From assembly GCA_020631895.1 (NCBI GenBank), contig JACKGR010000004.1, positions 15,260-79,259 on the forward strand: 64,000 nucleotides of DNA, given 5' to 3'. The stretch's first letter is position 1. The number at the start of each line of letters is the position of its first letter. The position numbers were made by a program, and so were the translations under genes. The DNA comes from Candidatus Nomurabacteria bacterium (GTDB lineage: Bacteria > Patescibacteriota > Saccharimonadia > Saccharimonadales > UBA7683). The notes beneath the pieces were generated by a model. It worked only from the letters and a program-made list of their open reading frames with translations, did no database searches and was not told the origin of the DNA. Positions 46,794 through 56,123 of the stretch are shown one piece after another.

Positions 46794-47651
46794 TTAAAGT
46801 AGGCTATTGATCAACTTTTCTAGGTGAGAATCATCATTAAATCTGATGACCAATTGGCCACCTTTCGCCATATGTTTTACGGCAACTTTTGTATTAAGTT
46901 TTTTTGCTAGCTGAACCGTTTCTTTAGTTTCAGTCTTTGTTCTATCGATAACTTTAGGTTCTTTTGCTGCAAGCGTTTGCTTGTGCCCAACCACAAACTG
47001 TTCGGCCTGACGAACCGTCCACTTATTTATAATAATCAGTTCAAGTAGTTTTAGTTGGGTAGGTTCATCTTTTAAGGCAACTATCTGCCTAGCGTGACCT
47101 TCTACAATTACACCATCATGTAGAGCCTTTTTTGCCTGAGGTGGCAACTTTAAAAGCCTTACAATGTTGTGTACTGCCGATGGACTCTTGCCAACCTTAG
47201 CAGCGACTTCATCAAAACTTAGTCCAAATTGATCATGAAGTTTTAGGTAGGCAGAAGCAAGGTCGAGAATAGTTAAATCTTGTCTTTGGATGTTTTCAAT
47301 CAGAGCAATCTCCAGCTTCTCTTGCTCACCAAATGATCTAATTATTGCCGGTACTTCTTTTAGGCCGGCAATCTCAGCTGCCCGATATCGCCTCTCGCCG
47401 GCAATAATAATATAACTGCCGGCATTTTTTGCCACAATCAGTGGCTGAACAATGCCATGCTCTGTAATAGACGATGCCAGCTCAGCCAGTGAAGTCTCAT
47501 CAAAATGTTTTCTTGGTTGCTGTGGATCAGGCATTAAGGCAGTTAGAGGTATATTCTCAACTGTATCTTGATTTGAACCTACTGCAAGTGCTTCTGAAAG
47601 CATATCATCAGGAATTAACGATGAAAAATCCTTACCTAGCCCCTTAGACAT
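46794..47651 (-). CDS. parB: Chromosome partitioning protein ParB
   Basis: 285 aa. IVQPLIV, IIAGERRYRAAEIAG ParB box, HTH region. Confidence 0.92.
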   Translation of the reverse strand: MSKGLGKDFSSLIPDDMLSEALAVGSNQDTVENIPLTALMPDPQQPRKHFDETSLAELASSITEHGIVQPLIVAKNAGSYIIIAGERRYRAAEIAGLKEVPAIIRSFGEQEKLEIALIENIQRQDLTILDLASAYLKLHDQFGLSFDEVAAKVGKSPSAVHNIVRLLKLPPQAKKALHDGVIVEGHARQIVALKDEPTQLKLLELIIINKWTVRQAEQFVVGHKQTLAAKEPKVIDRTKTETKETVQLAKKLNTKVAVKHMAKGGQLVIRFNDDSHLEKLINSLL

Positions 47652-47663
47652 ACTGCTCCCTGA

Positions 47664-47745
47664 CAGGGATTATCCCTGCAAAAAATAATGTATTATTTTG
47701 AGAAATGAGTAAATTTTGTATCTCTTTTTGCAGGGATAATCCCTG
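47664..47745. repeat. 82-bp element: perfect 21-bp terminal inverted repeats, each containing a 15-bp near-palindrome, 40-bp AT-rich spacer
   Basis: CAGGGATTATCCCTGCAAAAA (47664..47684) and its exact reverse complement TTTTTGCAGGGATAATCCCTG (47725..47745). Fills most of the 108-nt parA-parB spacer. Confidence 0.9.
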
Positions 47746-47759
47746 TTCAATAACCCCAT

Positions 47760-48512
47760 TCACGATAGCCGCTCCAATACCTCTTTAGTTAACGCCTTAT
47801 AGGCGCGGGCACCCTTACTCCACTTATCGTATTCCCCCACCGGCTTACCGTGACTTGGTGCTTCCGCTACCCTTATATTACGCGGAACTACCGTCTCAAA
47901 CAACCTCTCTTTAAAGTTAGATTTAAGTTGTTCTTCTACCTGTGCAGACAACGTAGTTCTAGAGTTATACATCGTCATGACAACCCCTAGTATAGCTAAA
48001 TGTGGATTAAGTGCCTGGCGAACTAGCTTCATTGTCTCAAGCAGTTGCCCTAGGCCCTCAAGCGCATAGTACTCGGTCTGAACCGGTATAATTACTGAAT
48101 CAGCGGCAGTCAGCGCATTAACAGTCAGAAGCCCAAGGCTTGGCGGGCAATCAATTAGAACAATATCAAAATCTGACGTTTGAAGTGCTGATTTTAATCT
48201 CAAAGCTCTATCTTTAGCAGTCGCAATCTCAGTCTCAAGAGTAGCTAGTTCAGCATCGGTCGGTAGAACCGCTAGGTTATTATAATCAGTTGATTTTACT
48301 GCTTCATTTAACTTAACCTTACCAGTAAGGACATCTCGGGTTGTTTGATCTGTTTTACTAACATCCAGGCCACTAGAAGCGTTACCCTGGGGGTCAAGGT
48401 CAACTAAAAGAACTTTTTTACCGGATTTTGCAAGATTATAAGCAACGTTAATAGTTGTAGTTGTTTTACCAACTCCGCCTTTTTGATTTGTAACCGCAAT
48501 AATCTGCCCCAC
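47760..48512 (-). CDS. parA: Chromosome partitioning ATPase ParA/Soj
   Basis: 250 aa. Deviant Walker A NQKGGVGKTTT. DLDPQGN. IDCPPSLG. Confidence 0.93.
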   Translation of the reverse strand: MGQIIAVTNQKGGVGKTTTTINVAYNLAKSGKKVLLVDLDPQGNASSGLDVSKTDQTTRDVLTGKVKLNEAVKSTDYNNLAVLPTDAELATLETEIATAKDRALRLKSALQTSDFDIVLIDCPPSLGLLTVNALTAADSVIIPVQTEYYALEGLGQLLETMKLVRQALNPHLAILGVVMTMYNSRTTLSAQVEEQLKSNFKERLFETVVPRNIRVAEAPSHGKPVGEYDKWSKGARAYKALTKEVLERLS

Positions 48513-48577
48513 GTTTTGTTTTCCTCCAAATCTATAACTCTAGTATACAGGGTATTTGATGTCTGTTCTAGGCAACT

Positions 48578-48606
48578 AAAAATGAGCCCTTGGGCTCATT
48601 TTTTTG
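48578..48606 (-). terminator. Bidirectional rho-independent terminator after rplU
   Basis: AAAAATGAGCCC-TT-GGGCTCATTTTTTT. Confidence 0.65.
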
Positions 48607-48619
48607 TAAATACTTTCAT

Positions 48620-48925
48620 CTATCCGATTTTAGTAATTTGGATAACACTGTGTTGCTGCCGATGGCCACGAGTTTTATTAACTCGTTTTTTTGCTTTGTA
48701 GCGTATTGCTGTTACCTTGTCGGCTTTAACATTATCTTCAAGAACTTTTGCTTCAACCACTGCGTCTTTAACGACTGGCTGACCAACCTGAACTTTTTCA
48801 CCATCAATTATCATTAGTGGCTCAAACTTAAGAGTCTTTTTATCACCAACAAGCTCCACTTTAAACTTCTCATTCTCAGAGACGATATATTGATGACCAC
48901 CAGATACAATAACTGCTTTCTTCAT
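48620..48925 (-). CDS. rplU: 50S ribosomal protein bL21
   Basis: 101 aa. MKKAVIVSGGHQYIVSENEKFKVE and KAKKRVNKTRGHRQ. Confidence 0.93.
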   Translation of the reverse strand: MKKAVIVSGGHQYIVSENEKFKVELVGDKKTLKFEPLMIIDGEKVQVGQPVVKDAVVEAKVLEDNVKADKVTAIRYKAKKRVNKTRGHRQQHSVIQITKIG

Positions 48926-49009
48926 TCTTAACTTCTAATCTTTCCAATCGTTACGTCCACATAATGTAGATTTATTAAATTCAATCAAAAACTAGTGTAT
49001 CAGATGTAA

Positions 49010-49402
49010 TCACTCCTGTAAAGCTCTGTTTGTTTCAAGTTCATGGATGCGTTCATGGTCGAGCCCAAAGTAGTGTGCAATCTCGTGCCATAGGGTATGT
49101 TTGATGCGTTTTTTAAAATCTGATTTATCTTTTGATGCATAAAAAAGTGGCAACTTGAAGAGTGTAATTTTGTCCGGTAACTGTCCAGAAAAACCATTGC
49201 CCCTTTTGGTTATAGGAATACCCTCATATAACCCGAATAGACTTTGGTTACAGGCAAGCTTCAATTTTTGTCTTTGCTCTTTACTAGGCTCGTCCTCATA
49301 GGTGATTATCACGTTGTCTAACTTAGACGTATATTTATCCGGAAGCTGATCCAGGGCATCTCCGATAAGTTCTGCGAATTCCTCGTCTGCCGGAACGTTC
49401 AT
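49010..49402 (-). CDS. Zincin-like metallopeptidase-fold protein (Zincin_1/DUF1025-like)
   Basis: 130 aa. HExxH motif in TLWHEIAHYFGLD. Confidence 0.7.
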   Translation of the reverse strand: MNVPADEEFAELIGDALDQLPDKYTSKLDNVIITYEDEPSKEQRQKLKLACNQSLFGLYEGIPITKRGNGFSGQLPDKITLFKLPLFYASKDKSDFKKRIKHTLWHEIAHYFGLDHERIHELETNRALQE

Positions 49403-49680
49403 CAGGCTAGCCTCTGCATTAATTCGACATTCTTCTTGTTTATACCATTCGAGACTCTAGAGAATCCATGACCTTCAAGTATTTTGAGACAATTTCCTGC
49501 CCGTACACCAGTTCGACAATACAAAATTATGTCTGAAGTATTTTGTTTAGCTTTCAATTCATTTACTACTGATTCGTCCAAGAAGTTACCTGACGGTATG
49601 TTAATCGCTCCGCTAACATGGCCCTCCAAGAATTCAAACGGCTCTCTGACGTCTATAATTAGCTGATTAGCATCTATCAT
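49402..49680 (-). CDS. Single-domain rhodanese-like sulfurtransferase
   Basis: 92 aa. Active-site loop YCRTGVRAG. Confidence 0.8.
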   Translation of the reverse strand: MIDANQLIIDVREPFEFLEGHVSGAINIPSGNFLDESVVNELKAKQNTSDIILYCRTGVRAGNCLKILEGHGFSRVSNGINKKNVELMQRLA

Positions 49681-49702
49681 ACTATTAAGTATACACTTAA
49701 AA

Positions 49703-52570
49703 CTATGATTTTTTAAGTGAAATTTTTAGCTCGCTATCTTCAACTTTTACAGTTACTTCATATTCATCAGAAACAATTTCAGACATTTTGCCCAATGTTT
49801 CTGATTCGATAGTATCTCTGTGTTCAGTTATAGCATTTGATAGTTCTTTGCTATCTGTTAATAGACTCAGCTCTATCCTGTCGTCAACATTAAGCCCTGC
49901 TTGCTTGCGAGCGTTTTGGACAAATCTTATAACCTCGCGCATTAAGCCTTCGCGCTTTAGCTCTGGTGTTATATTTAGATCAACTTTGAGCTCCGACTCA
50001 GGATCGTAGCTTACGTTTTTAACATTCAATTCTTCCTTTAAGACATCTGCAAAATCAACAAATTGTCCTTCTTTTGGAATCTTCAAACTGGCTAGAGGTT
50101 GACGTACCTTAATACCCTCTTTTGCACGAATACTTAGCACCTCATTAACGTAATCTCTCACTGTCGACATCTCGTCTAATATTAACTCGTCAATGTGGCC
50201 AACTTTTGGCCAATCAAGAAGATGAACCGATTCTCCACCAGTTAGTTTTTGAAATAACTCTTCTGCTAGAAAAGGTGTAAACGGTGCCATGACCATACTT
50301 AATTGCACCAAGACATAATGGAGAGTTTTGTAAGCATTATTTTTGTCCTCATCATCACCTGACTTCCAAAAGCGCCTCCTGGATCTACGAACGTACCAAT
50401 TTGAAGCATCCTCTATAAATGGTAGGATTGGCTTAACAGCGTTCGGAATATCATAAACATCCATATGCTTTTCGACCTCCGCCGTCAGTTGATGGACCCT
50501 ACTAATAATCCATCGATCGAGCGAATTAGTGCAAAACTCCGAAGGGTCTTGATGACCTCCGTCGTATTCCCAATTATCAACCTCTGCATACATTGTGAAG
50601 AAATCGTACATGTTCCAAATCATACTCAGTTTTCTGGCTACATCACCTACGTCTTTATCTTGAAGGGCAAAATCTTCACCGTTTAGAACTGGACTTTGAA
50701 GAAATAGAAAACGTAAACTATCCGCAGAATATTGATCCATCAATTCATTTGGATCAGTATAGTTACCATAGCTTTTGCTCATTTTGCGGCCGTCATTACC
50801 CGAGATATTACCCGTAACGATAACGTTTTTAAATGCATTGTGACCAAATAGCCCGACATTAACTGCATGCATATAGTAGAACCACGCTCGGACTTGGCCG
50901 ACATACTCAACTATAAAATCGCCTGGAAAGTTAGCCTCAAACTTCTCTTTATTTTCAAATGGATAATGGAACTGAGCAAAAGGCATTGAGCCACTCTCAA
51001 ACCAGCAATCCATCACCTTATCGATTCGTTTATAATGGACACCGTCAATATCAAATTCAACGTCATCAATCCAGGGTCGGTGGTAATCCTCTAACTCTAC
51101 ACCAGAAAGCTGTTTAAGCTCGTCGTAGCTGCCCACAACATGGATCTTCTCGTTACCATCTTTATCCTCACCCTTCCAGACAGGCATTGCGGTGGCCCAG
51201 AATCTATCTCGAGACAGGTTCCAATCAGGTGCAGTCTCAACCGTTTTCTCGAACCTGCCGTGTTTAATGTGATCCGGGAACCAAGTGATATTCTCAGAGT
51301 TCTCAATCAGCATCTTCTCTTTTTGACTCTGAATATCCATAAACCAGCTCGGGTGTGCCCGGTACATCAGTCTAGTGCCACATCTGTAACAATGAGGATA
51401 ACTGTGTTTAACGTAATCTATCTTCCAGACAACTTTTCTCTCTAAAAGATCTTTTGCAATCTGTTTATTTATCTCCCAAACATTCTCACCTTTCCAGTCT
51501 CCTTCTCTAAAAATTCCGCTCTCATCAAGAACGTGTATAACCGGTATCTTATCTTCATTTGCTAGAACAAAATCTTCTTCACCGTATGCAGGTGCCAAGT
51601 GAACAATGCCTGAGCCATCCTCAGCACTTACATAATCTGCGTGCCAAATCTTATGAGCGTTCTCTCCACGATCGACAAAAAGAGGCTCGTAGGATTTGCC
51701 AACTAGCTCTTTGCCCTTGAGGTCTCTTAGTATTTTATATTCAAGCAGTTGATGCTTCTCATCCCTTAGGACTTTAGCTACTAGATCTTTTGCGAGTATC
51801 AGTTTTTCACCGTTGATCTCAACTTCTTGATAATCCATATCTTTATGAACCGCAACTGCGGTATTAGCTGGCAATGTCCATGGAGTAGTCGTCCAAGCTA
51901 GAAGTATTGTATCTTCTCCGACCAATTTAAATTTAACAAAAACACTTGGGTCAGTTACGTCTTGATATGCACCAGCGTCCATCGTAACCTCGTTTTTAGA
52001 CAATGGAGTTGCGTCTCGAGTACAATACATTAATACTCGCTCGCCTTCATATATCTTGCCTTTGTCATACAGGTTTTTAAAGGCCCACCACACACTCTCC
52101 ATGTACTCTTTGTCCATGGTTTTATAAGCACCCTTAAAGTCTACCCAGCGACCGATTCTATCAACAGTATCTTCCCAGTCTGAACCCGTTGAAACCATGT
52201 TCTCGCGATTGGCTTTTATATAATCCTCAAGACTAATTTTTGTACCAATATCTTGTCTGTCAGTTAGACCTAACTTTTTCTCGGTATAAGTTTCAGCAGG
52301 TAGGCCATGGCAGTCCCATCCCCAAACTCTCTCCACACGCTTACCCTTCATAGTCTGATAACGAGGCACGACGTCTTTTACGATTGAACTTAGTAGAGTT
52401 CCGTGATGAGGTACGCCAGTGATAAATGGAGGTCCGTCATAAAAGACGTATGCGTTATCCTTAGGGCGCAACTCAACCGACTTCTCAAAAGTTTTATTCT
52501 CTTTCCACTTTTGAACAAGATCTTTCTCGTATTCTAATGCGCGTCGCCGAGTATTTGCCTTAAACTTCAT
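49703..52570 (-). CDS. ileS: Isoleucyl-tRNA synthetase
   Basis: 955 aa. FYDGPPFITGVPHHGTLL (HIGH region), KMSKS (GRKMSKSYGN), CP1 editing insertion. Confidence 0.96.
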   Translation of the reverse strand: MKFKANTRRRALEYEKDLVQKWKENKTFEKSVELRPKDNAYVFYDGPPFITGVPHHGTLLSSIVKDVVPRYQTMKGKRVERVWGWDCHGLPAETYTEKKLGLTDRQDIGTKISLEDYIKANRENMVSTGSDWEDTVDRIGRWVDFKGAYKTMDKEYMESVWWAFKNLYDKGKIYEGERVLMYCTRDATPLSKNEVTMDAGAYQDVTDPSVFVKFKLVGEDTILLAWTTTPWTLPANTAVAVHKDMDYQEVEINGEKLILAKDLVAKVLRDEKHQLLEYKILRDLKGKELVGKSYEPLFVDRGENAHKIWHADYVSAEDGSGIVHLAPAYGEEDFVLANEDKIPVIHVLDESGIFREGDWKGENVWEINKQIAKDLLERKVVWKIDYVKHSYPHCYRCGTRLMYRAHPSWFMDIQSQKEKMLIENSENITWFPDHIKHGRFEKTVETAPDWNLSRDRFWATAMPVWKGEDKDGNEKIHVVGSYDELKQLSGVELEDYHRPWIDDVEFDIDGVHYKRIDKVMDCWFESGSMPFAQFHYPFENKEKFEANFPGDFIVEYVGQVRAWFYYMHAVNVGLFGHNAFKNVIVTGNISGNDGRKMSKSYGNYTDPNELMDQYSADSLRFLFLQSPVLNGEDFALQDKDVGDVARKLSMIWNMYDFFTMYAEVDNWEYDGGHQDPSEFCTNSLDRWIISRVHQLTAEVEKHMDVYDIPNAVKPILPFIEDASNWYVRRSRRRFWKSGDDEDKNNAYKTLHYVLVQLSMVMAPFTPFLAEELFQKLTGGESVHLLDWPKVGHIDELILDEMSTVRDYVNEVLSIRAKEGIKVRQPLASLKIPKEGQFVDFADVLKEELNVKNVSYDPESELKVDLNITPELKREGLMREVIRFVQNARKQAGLNVDDRIELSLLTDSKELSNAITEHRDTIESETLGKMSEIVSDEYEVTVKVEDSELKISLKKS

Positions 52571-52782
52571 ATTCGCCTTTCTTAAACAACAAAAATCACT
52601 TATTTTGTCTGTCAGAATCCACTTGTTGCGGACGGTACCATCTGACTTCCAAAAGAAGTGATTCTTTTAGCTCTTATTTATTTGAACTAACGGGTCAAAT
52701 CCGGTGAGGTCTAATCCGATTTCTCGTTTCTTCTCACTAGCTTCGTGGTTGATAGCCACTTATCTATTTCTAGAACGCTTGT
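52571..52782 (-). promoter_or_regulatory. T-box-like riboswitch leader of ileS
   Basis: Minus-strand GUCAGA-[UGGUACC]-GUCC-GCAACAAGU-GGAU-UCUGAC (52646..52611) matches antiterminator architecture with the 7-nt UGGN-type bulge. Upstream hairpin GUGG-CUAUCAA-CCAC (52759..52745) displays AUC-A (Ile codon + purine). U-rich tract follows. Confidence 0.55.
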
Positions 52783-52788
52783 ATGCTT

Positions 52789-52817
52789 ATATTACTACTT
52801 ATACTTAGGATTTTCAA
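52789..52817 (-). promoter_or_regulatory. Sigma70-like promoter for the ileS leader
   Basis: Minus strand TTGAAA (52817..52812) - 17 nt - TAATAT (52794..52789). Gives a ~210-nt leader. Confidence 0.4.
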
Positions 52818-53081
52818 CTACTGGGCGTAGAAACTCAGCTCTGAGGCTGTTGGCCACTTATCTTGCTCTAGCCAAGATTCCACTAGTGAGTTGTCATCTC
52901 TGAGCGCCAAAATAGCCGGTATTGACGTAATGTCATGAATTCCAGCTAAATCAGCGCCCTCAGGAGAGTCATAGTCCATAAGGCTTAACTTCTTGCCGGT
53001 AGCGCGATGAAAATTTTCAGCGTACTGATTGGCGGACGTATCGTGCTCACTATTTGGTCGGAATAACATAATTACTTTCAT
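52818..53081 (-). CDS. Hypothetical small protein with thioredoxin-fold-like pattern but no Cys
   Basis: 87 aa. VIMLF strand, then RPNSEHD where CxxC would sit. SIPAILAL resembles the cis-Pro loop and strand. Immediately downstream of nrdJ. Confidence 0.45.
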   Translation of the reverse strand: MKVIMLFRPNSEHDTSANQYAENFHRATGKKLSLMDYDSPEGADLAGIHDITSIPAILALRDDNSLVESWLEQDKWPTASELSFYAQ

Positions 53082-53150
53082 AACTATTAGTATACCTCAA
53101 ACAGCTTATCCTAATGAAACGCCCACATAATCTTACCTACCGAGTAATAT

Positions 53151-55961
53151 TTAAGAGCAACCAGAGGTTGTACCGCAAGATGTACAGACGTAACAACTAC
53201 CAGCACGTTGTGTAATGTTTCCGCAGCTATAGCAAAGCGGGGCAGTTTCTGCAGAACTTATTGTTCGTCTCTCATCTGAGATTGACTCATTTTGCTTGGA
53301 AGCTGAATCGATTGGAATACTAAGAATTGGCTGTTCAATCGACTGCGCATCCTGTAATGATGCCTTGGTATCATCTAGTAGATTTGCTTGATTTGCAGAT
53401 GCTTCAGCTTCTAGATCATCTAGACTAACCAATCCTAGCTCAAGTTGATCATCTAGACTGAGGTATGTTTTTGCGAGGCGCCTGAAAATGTAATCTACCA
53501 GACTTGAAGCCATTTTTATCTCAGTATCATCAGTAACTCCAGCCGGGGCAAACGAGGTGTTTATAAACGCCTTTACGTAGCTCTTTAGTGGCACGCCGTA
53601 CTGAAGGCCATGACTAACCGATATAGCAAATGCATCCATTATTCCTCCCAAAGTTGATCCTTGCTTAGCAATCTGTAGAAATAGCTCGCCCGGAGTTCCA
53701 TCATCGTACTCACCTACCGTTACAAAGCCTTTACTGTCAGCGACTCTGAACGCAAATGTTTTAGCTTGTCTAGTCCGAGGTAGTACGCGTCTTAGATGCG
53801 GCTGCATAGCAACGAGTTGCTCTGTAACTTGATCAGCTGTTTGAGGAACGTGAGCATCAAGCTTGTCTTCTGACTCAGTCTTGTCTTTTTTGTCAGACAT
53901 CGGCTGGGCAACTTTTGATCCATCACGATATATTGCTACCGCCTTTAGGCCGAGCTTCCACGAGACCATATGCAGTTCTTCAATGTCTTCGACTGTAGAT
54001 TGCTCGGGCATGTTTACAGTTTTGCTAATTGCTCCAGAGATAAATGGCTGTACAGCGCCCATCATCTTAACGTGACCCATATAATGGATTGCGTTTTCAC
54101 CAACTGCACAAGCAAAAGTATCATAGTGCTCCTTCTTCAGATGCGGTGCGCCCACTACTGTACTCCGCTCGTGGATATAATCCTCAATATCTTTAATCTG
54201 CGCCTGATTATACCCCATTGTAGTGAGAGCGCGCGGGACAGTCTGGTTAACAATTACCATATTTCCGCCACCAACAAGTTTTTTATACTTTGTTAGTGAG
54301 AAGTCCGGCTCAACTCCAGTTGTGTCACAATCCATCATAAAACCAATTGTTCCAGTTGGCGCCAAAACTGTTGCTTGAGAGTTTCTAACTCCGTATCTTT
54401 CTCCTAGCTCAACAGCATCATCCCATGCCTCTGCAGCTGCCGACAGAAGCTCTTCAGCCACTAGGCGCGGGTCAATCAGTCTAACAGCATCGCGATGCTG
54501 AGACAGCACCTTCATCATGCCTTCGCGGTCTTTATTAAATCCTGAGAAGGTTCCAACCTGTTTAGCTATCTTTGCGCTTGTAGCGTAGGCGTAGCCAGTC
54601 ATTATAGCTGTAATTGCAGCGGCTTGAGCTCTACCCTCATCACTGTCATAAGGTAACCCTTGAGCCATTAGTAGCGCTCCGAGGTTTGCATAGCCCATTC
54701 CAAGCTCACGGTAAGCTTTTGCATTTTTACTAATACTCTCAGTTGGATATTCAGAATAACCAACTAATATCTCCTGTGCAGTGAAAACTACTTCTACAGT
54801 TTGTTTAAACGCCTCAATGTCAAATGATCCATCCTCATTTAGATATTTCAACAAGTTTATTGATGCCAGGTTGCAAGCTGAATTATCGAGGTGCATGTAC
54901 TCTGAGCATGGGTTTGATCCGTTGATTCTACCGGCGTTGGGAGTAGTGTGCCAATGATTAATTGTTGTGTCGTACTGAAGACCTGGATCTGCGCATTCCC
55001 AAGCACTTTCAGCTATTTGTCGCCACAAATCTCGAGCTTTTGTAGTTTTATAAACCTTTTTATCTTTGACTCCAACTAACTGCCAATCCTCGTCGTTCTC
55101 AACCGCTTTCATAAATTCATCAGTTACACGCACTGAGTTATTAGCATTTTGATATTGCACACTAAAGATGTCGGTACCGTCCAAACTCATATCAAAGCCT
55201 GCTTCTTGCAGAACTCGAGCCTTACGCTCTTCAATCGCTTTACACCAAATAAACTCTTCAACATCGGGATGATCAATATTCATAATCACCATTTTTGCGG
55301 CTCGACGTGTCTTTCCACCAGATTTTATAGCACCAGCCGAGCTATCAGCTCCACGCATAAAACTAAGTGGGCCAGAAGCCTTACCTCCGCTTTGCCCCAA
55401 TGCTTCAACCGATGATCTAATAGAACTTACATTGACACCAGATCCAGATCCACCCTTAAAAATCATACCTTCTTCTGCATACCAATTAAGAATTGAAGGC
55501 ATCGTATCTTCTACTGCCAAAATAAAGCATGCACTAGCTTGCTGTGCACGAGAGGCAGCTCCAATGTTAAACCAAACCGGGGAGTTAAAGGCAGCTCTTT
55601 GTGACGCTAAAATGTATTTAAGTTCTGCGTTGAAAATTTCGGCTTGCTCGTGTGAACTAAAATAATCTTCTTGCTCGCCGTGACGAGTAATTGTATCTGC
55701 TACACGATTAATTAGGGTTTTGAGGCTATCTTCTCTATCTCTAGCTCCTGGAGTACCGCAAAAATATTTTTGACTAACAATGTTAATCGCATTCATGCTC
55801 CAAGTATCAGGAAACTCAACAGCCTTTTGTTCAAAAGCAATTTTTCCTGTTACTGGATTATCGATTTTTGAATCTCTTCGTACCCATTTGAACATATCAT
55901 ACGGATCAGTTCCTTCTTTTGTAAAATAGCGCCGAATATTGAGCACTGTAGCTTGTGCCAT
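53151..55961 (-). CDS. nrdJ: Class II (adenosylcobalamin-dependent) ribonucleotide reductase
   Basis: 936 aa. GGSGSGVNVSSIRS, NPCSEYM active-site Cys region, C-terminal Cys-rich tail CYSCGNITQRAGSCYVCTSCGTTSGCS. Confidence 0.92.
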   Translation of the reverse strand: MAQATVLNIRRYFTKEGTDPYDMFKWVRRDSKIDNPVTGKIAFEQKAVEFPDTWSMNAINIVSQKYFCGTPGARDREDSLKTLINRVADTITRHGEQEDYFSSHEQAEIFNAELKYILASQRAAFNSPVWFNIGAASRAQQASACFILAVEDTMPSILNWYAEEGMIFKGGSGSGVNVSSIRSSVEALGQSGGKASGPLSFMRGADSSAGAIKSGGKTRRAAKMVIMNIDHPDVEEFIWCKAIEERKARVLQEAGFDMSLDGTDIFSVQYQNANNSVRVTDEFMKAVENDEDWQLVGVKDKKVYKTTKARDLWRQIAESAWECADPGLQYDTTINHWHTTPNAGRINGSNPCSEYMHLDNSACNLASINLLKYLNEDGSFDIEAFKQTVEVVFTAQEILVGYSEYPTESISKNAKAYRELGMGYANLGALLMAQGLPYDSDEGRAQAAAITAIMTGYAYATSAKIAKQVGTFSGFNKDREGMMKVLSQHRDAVRLIDPRLVAEELLSAAAEAWDDAVELGERYGVRNSQATVLAPTGTIGFMMDCDTTGVEPDFSLTKYKKLVGGGNMVIVNQTVPRALTTMGYNQAQIKDIEDYIHERSTVVGAPHLKKEHYDTFACAVGENAIHYMGHVKMMGAVQPFISGAISKTVNMPEQSTVEDIEELHMVSWKLGLKAVAIYRDGSKVAQPMSDKKDKTESEDKLDAHVPQTADQVTEQLVAMQPHLRRVLPRTRQAKTFAFRVADSKGFVTVGEYDDGTPGELFLQIAKQGSTLGGIMDAFAISVSHGLQYGVPLKSYVKAFINTSFAPAGVTDDTEIKMASSLVDYIFRRLAKTYLSLDDQLELGLVSLDDLEAEASANQANLLDDTKASLQDAQSIEQPILSIPIDSASKQNESISDERRTISSAETAPLCYSCGNITQRAGSCYVCTSCGTTSGCS

Positions 55962-56072
55962 ATAACCCCTCCTAGGTTCCCCTTAGTTTGTTTTAAATGT
56001 TTGTTTAGAGCGTCAGCGGGCTCTCGCCCTCCACCTAGTCACTCCCCCGGATAATTTTAATAAAATAACCCA

Positions 56073-56094
56073 GGGCAATTACTAATCATTGCCC
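56073..56094 (-). terminator. Hairpin with U-rich tail between nrdR and nrdJ (terminator/attenuator candidate)
   Basis: GGGCAAT-(8 nt)-ATTGCCC followed on the minus strand by TGGGTTATTTTATT. Confidence 0.4.
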
Positions 56095-56123
56095 AGTCTA
56101 TAAACTAGTTATTAGTGAATATG

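Noticed and set aside
46794-48512. Canonical parS (TGTTNCACGTGAAACA) in or around parAB, and DnaA boxes suggesting oriC
   Set aside because: I did not spot either motif by eye in the parAB region or in the long AT-rich spacers. TTATCCCTG in the inverted repeat differs from TTATCCACA at three positions. This needs a proper pattern search before any claim.
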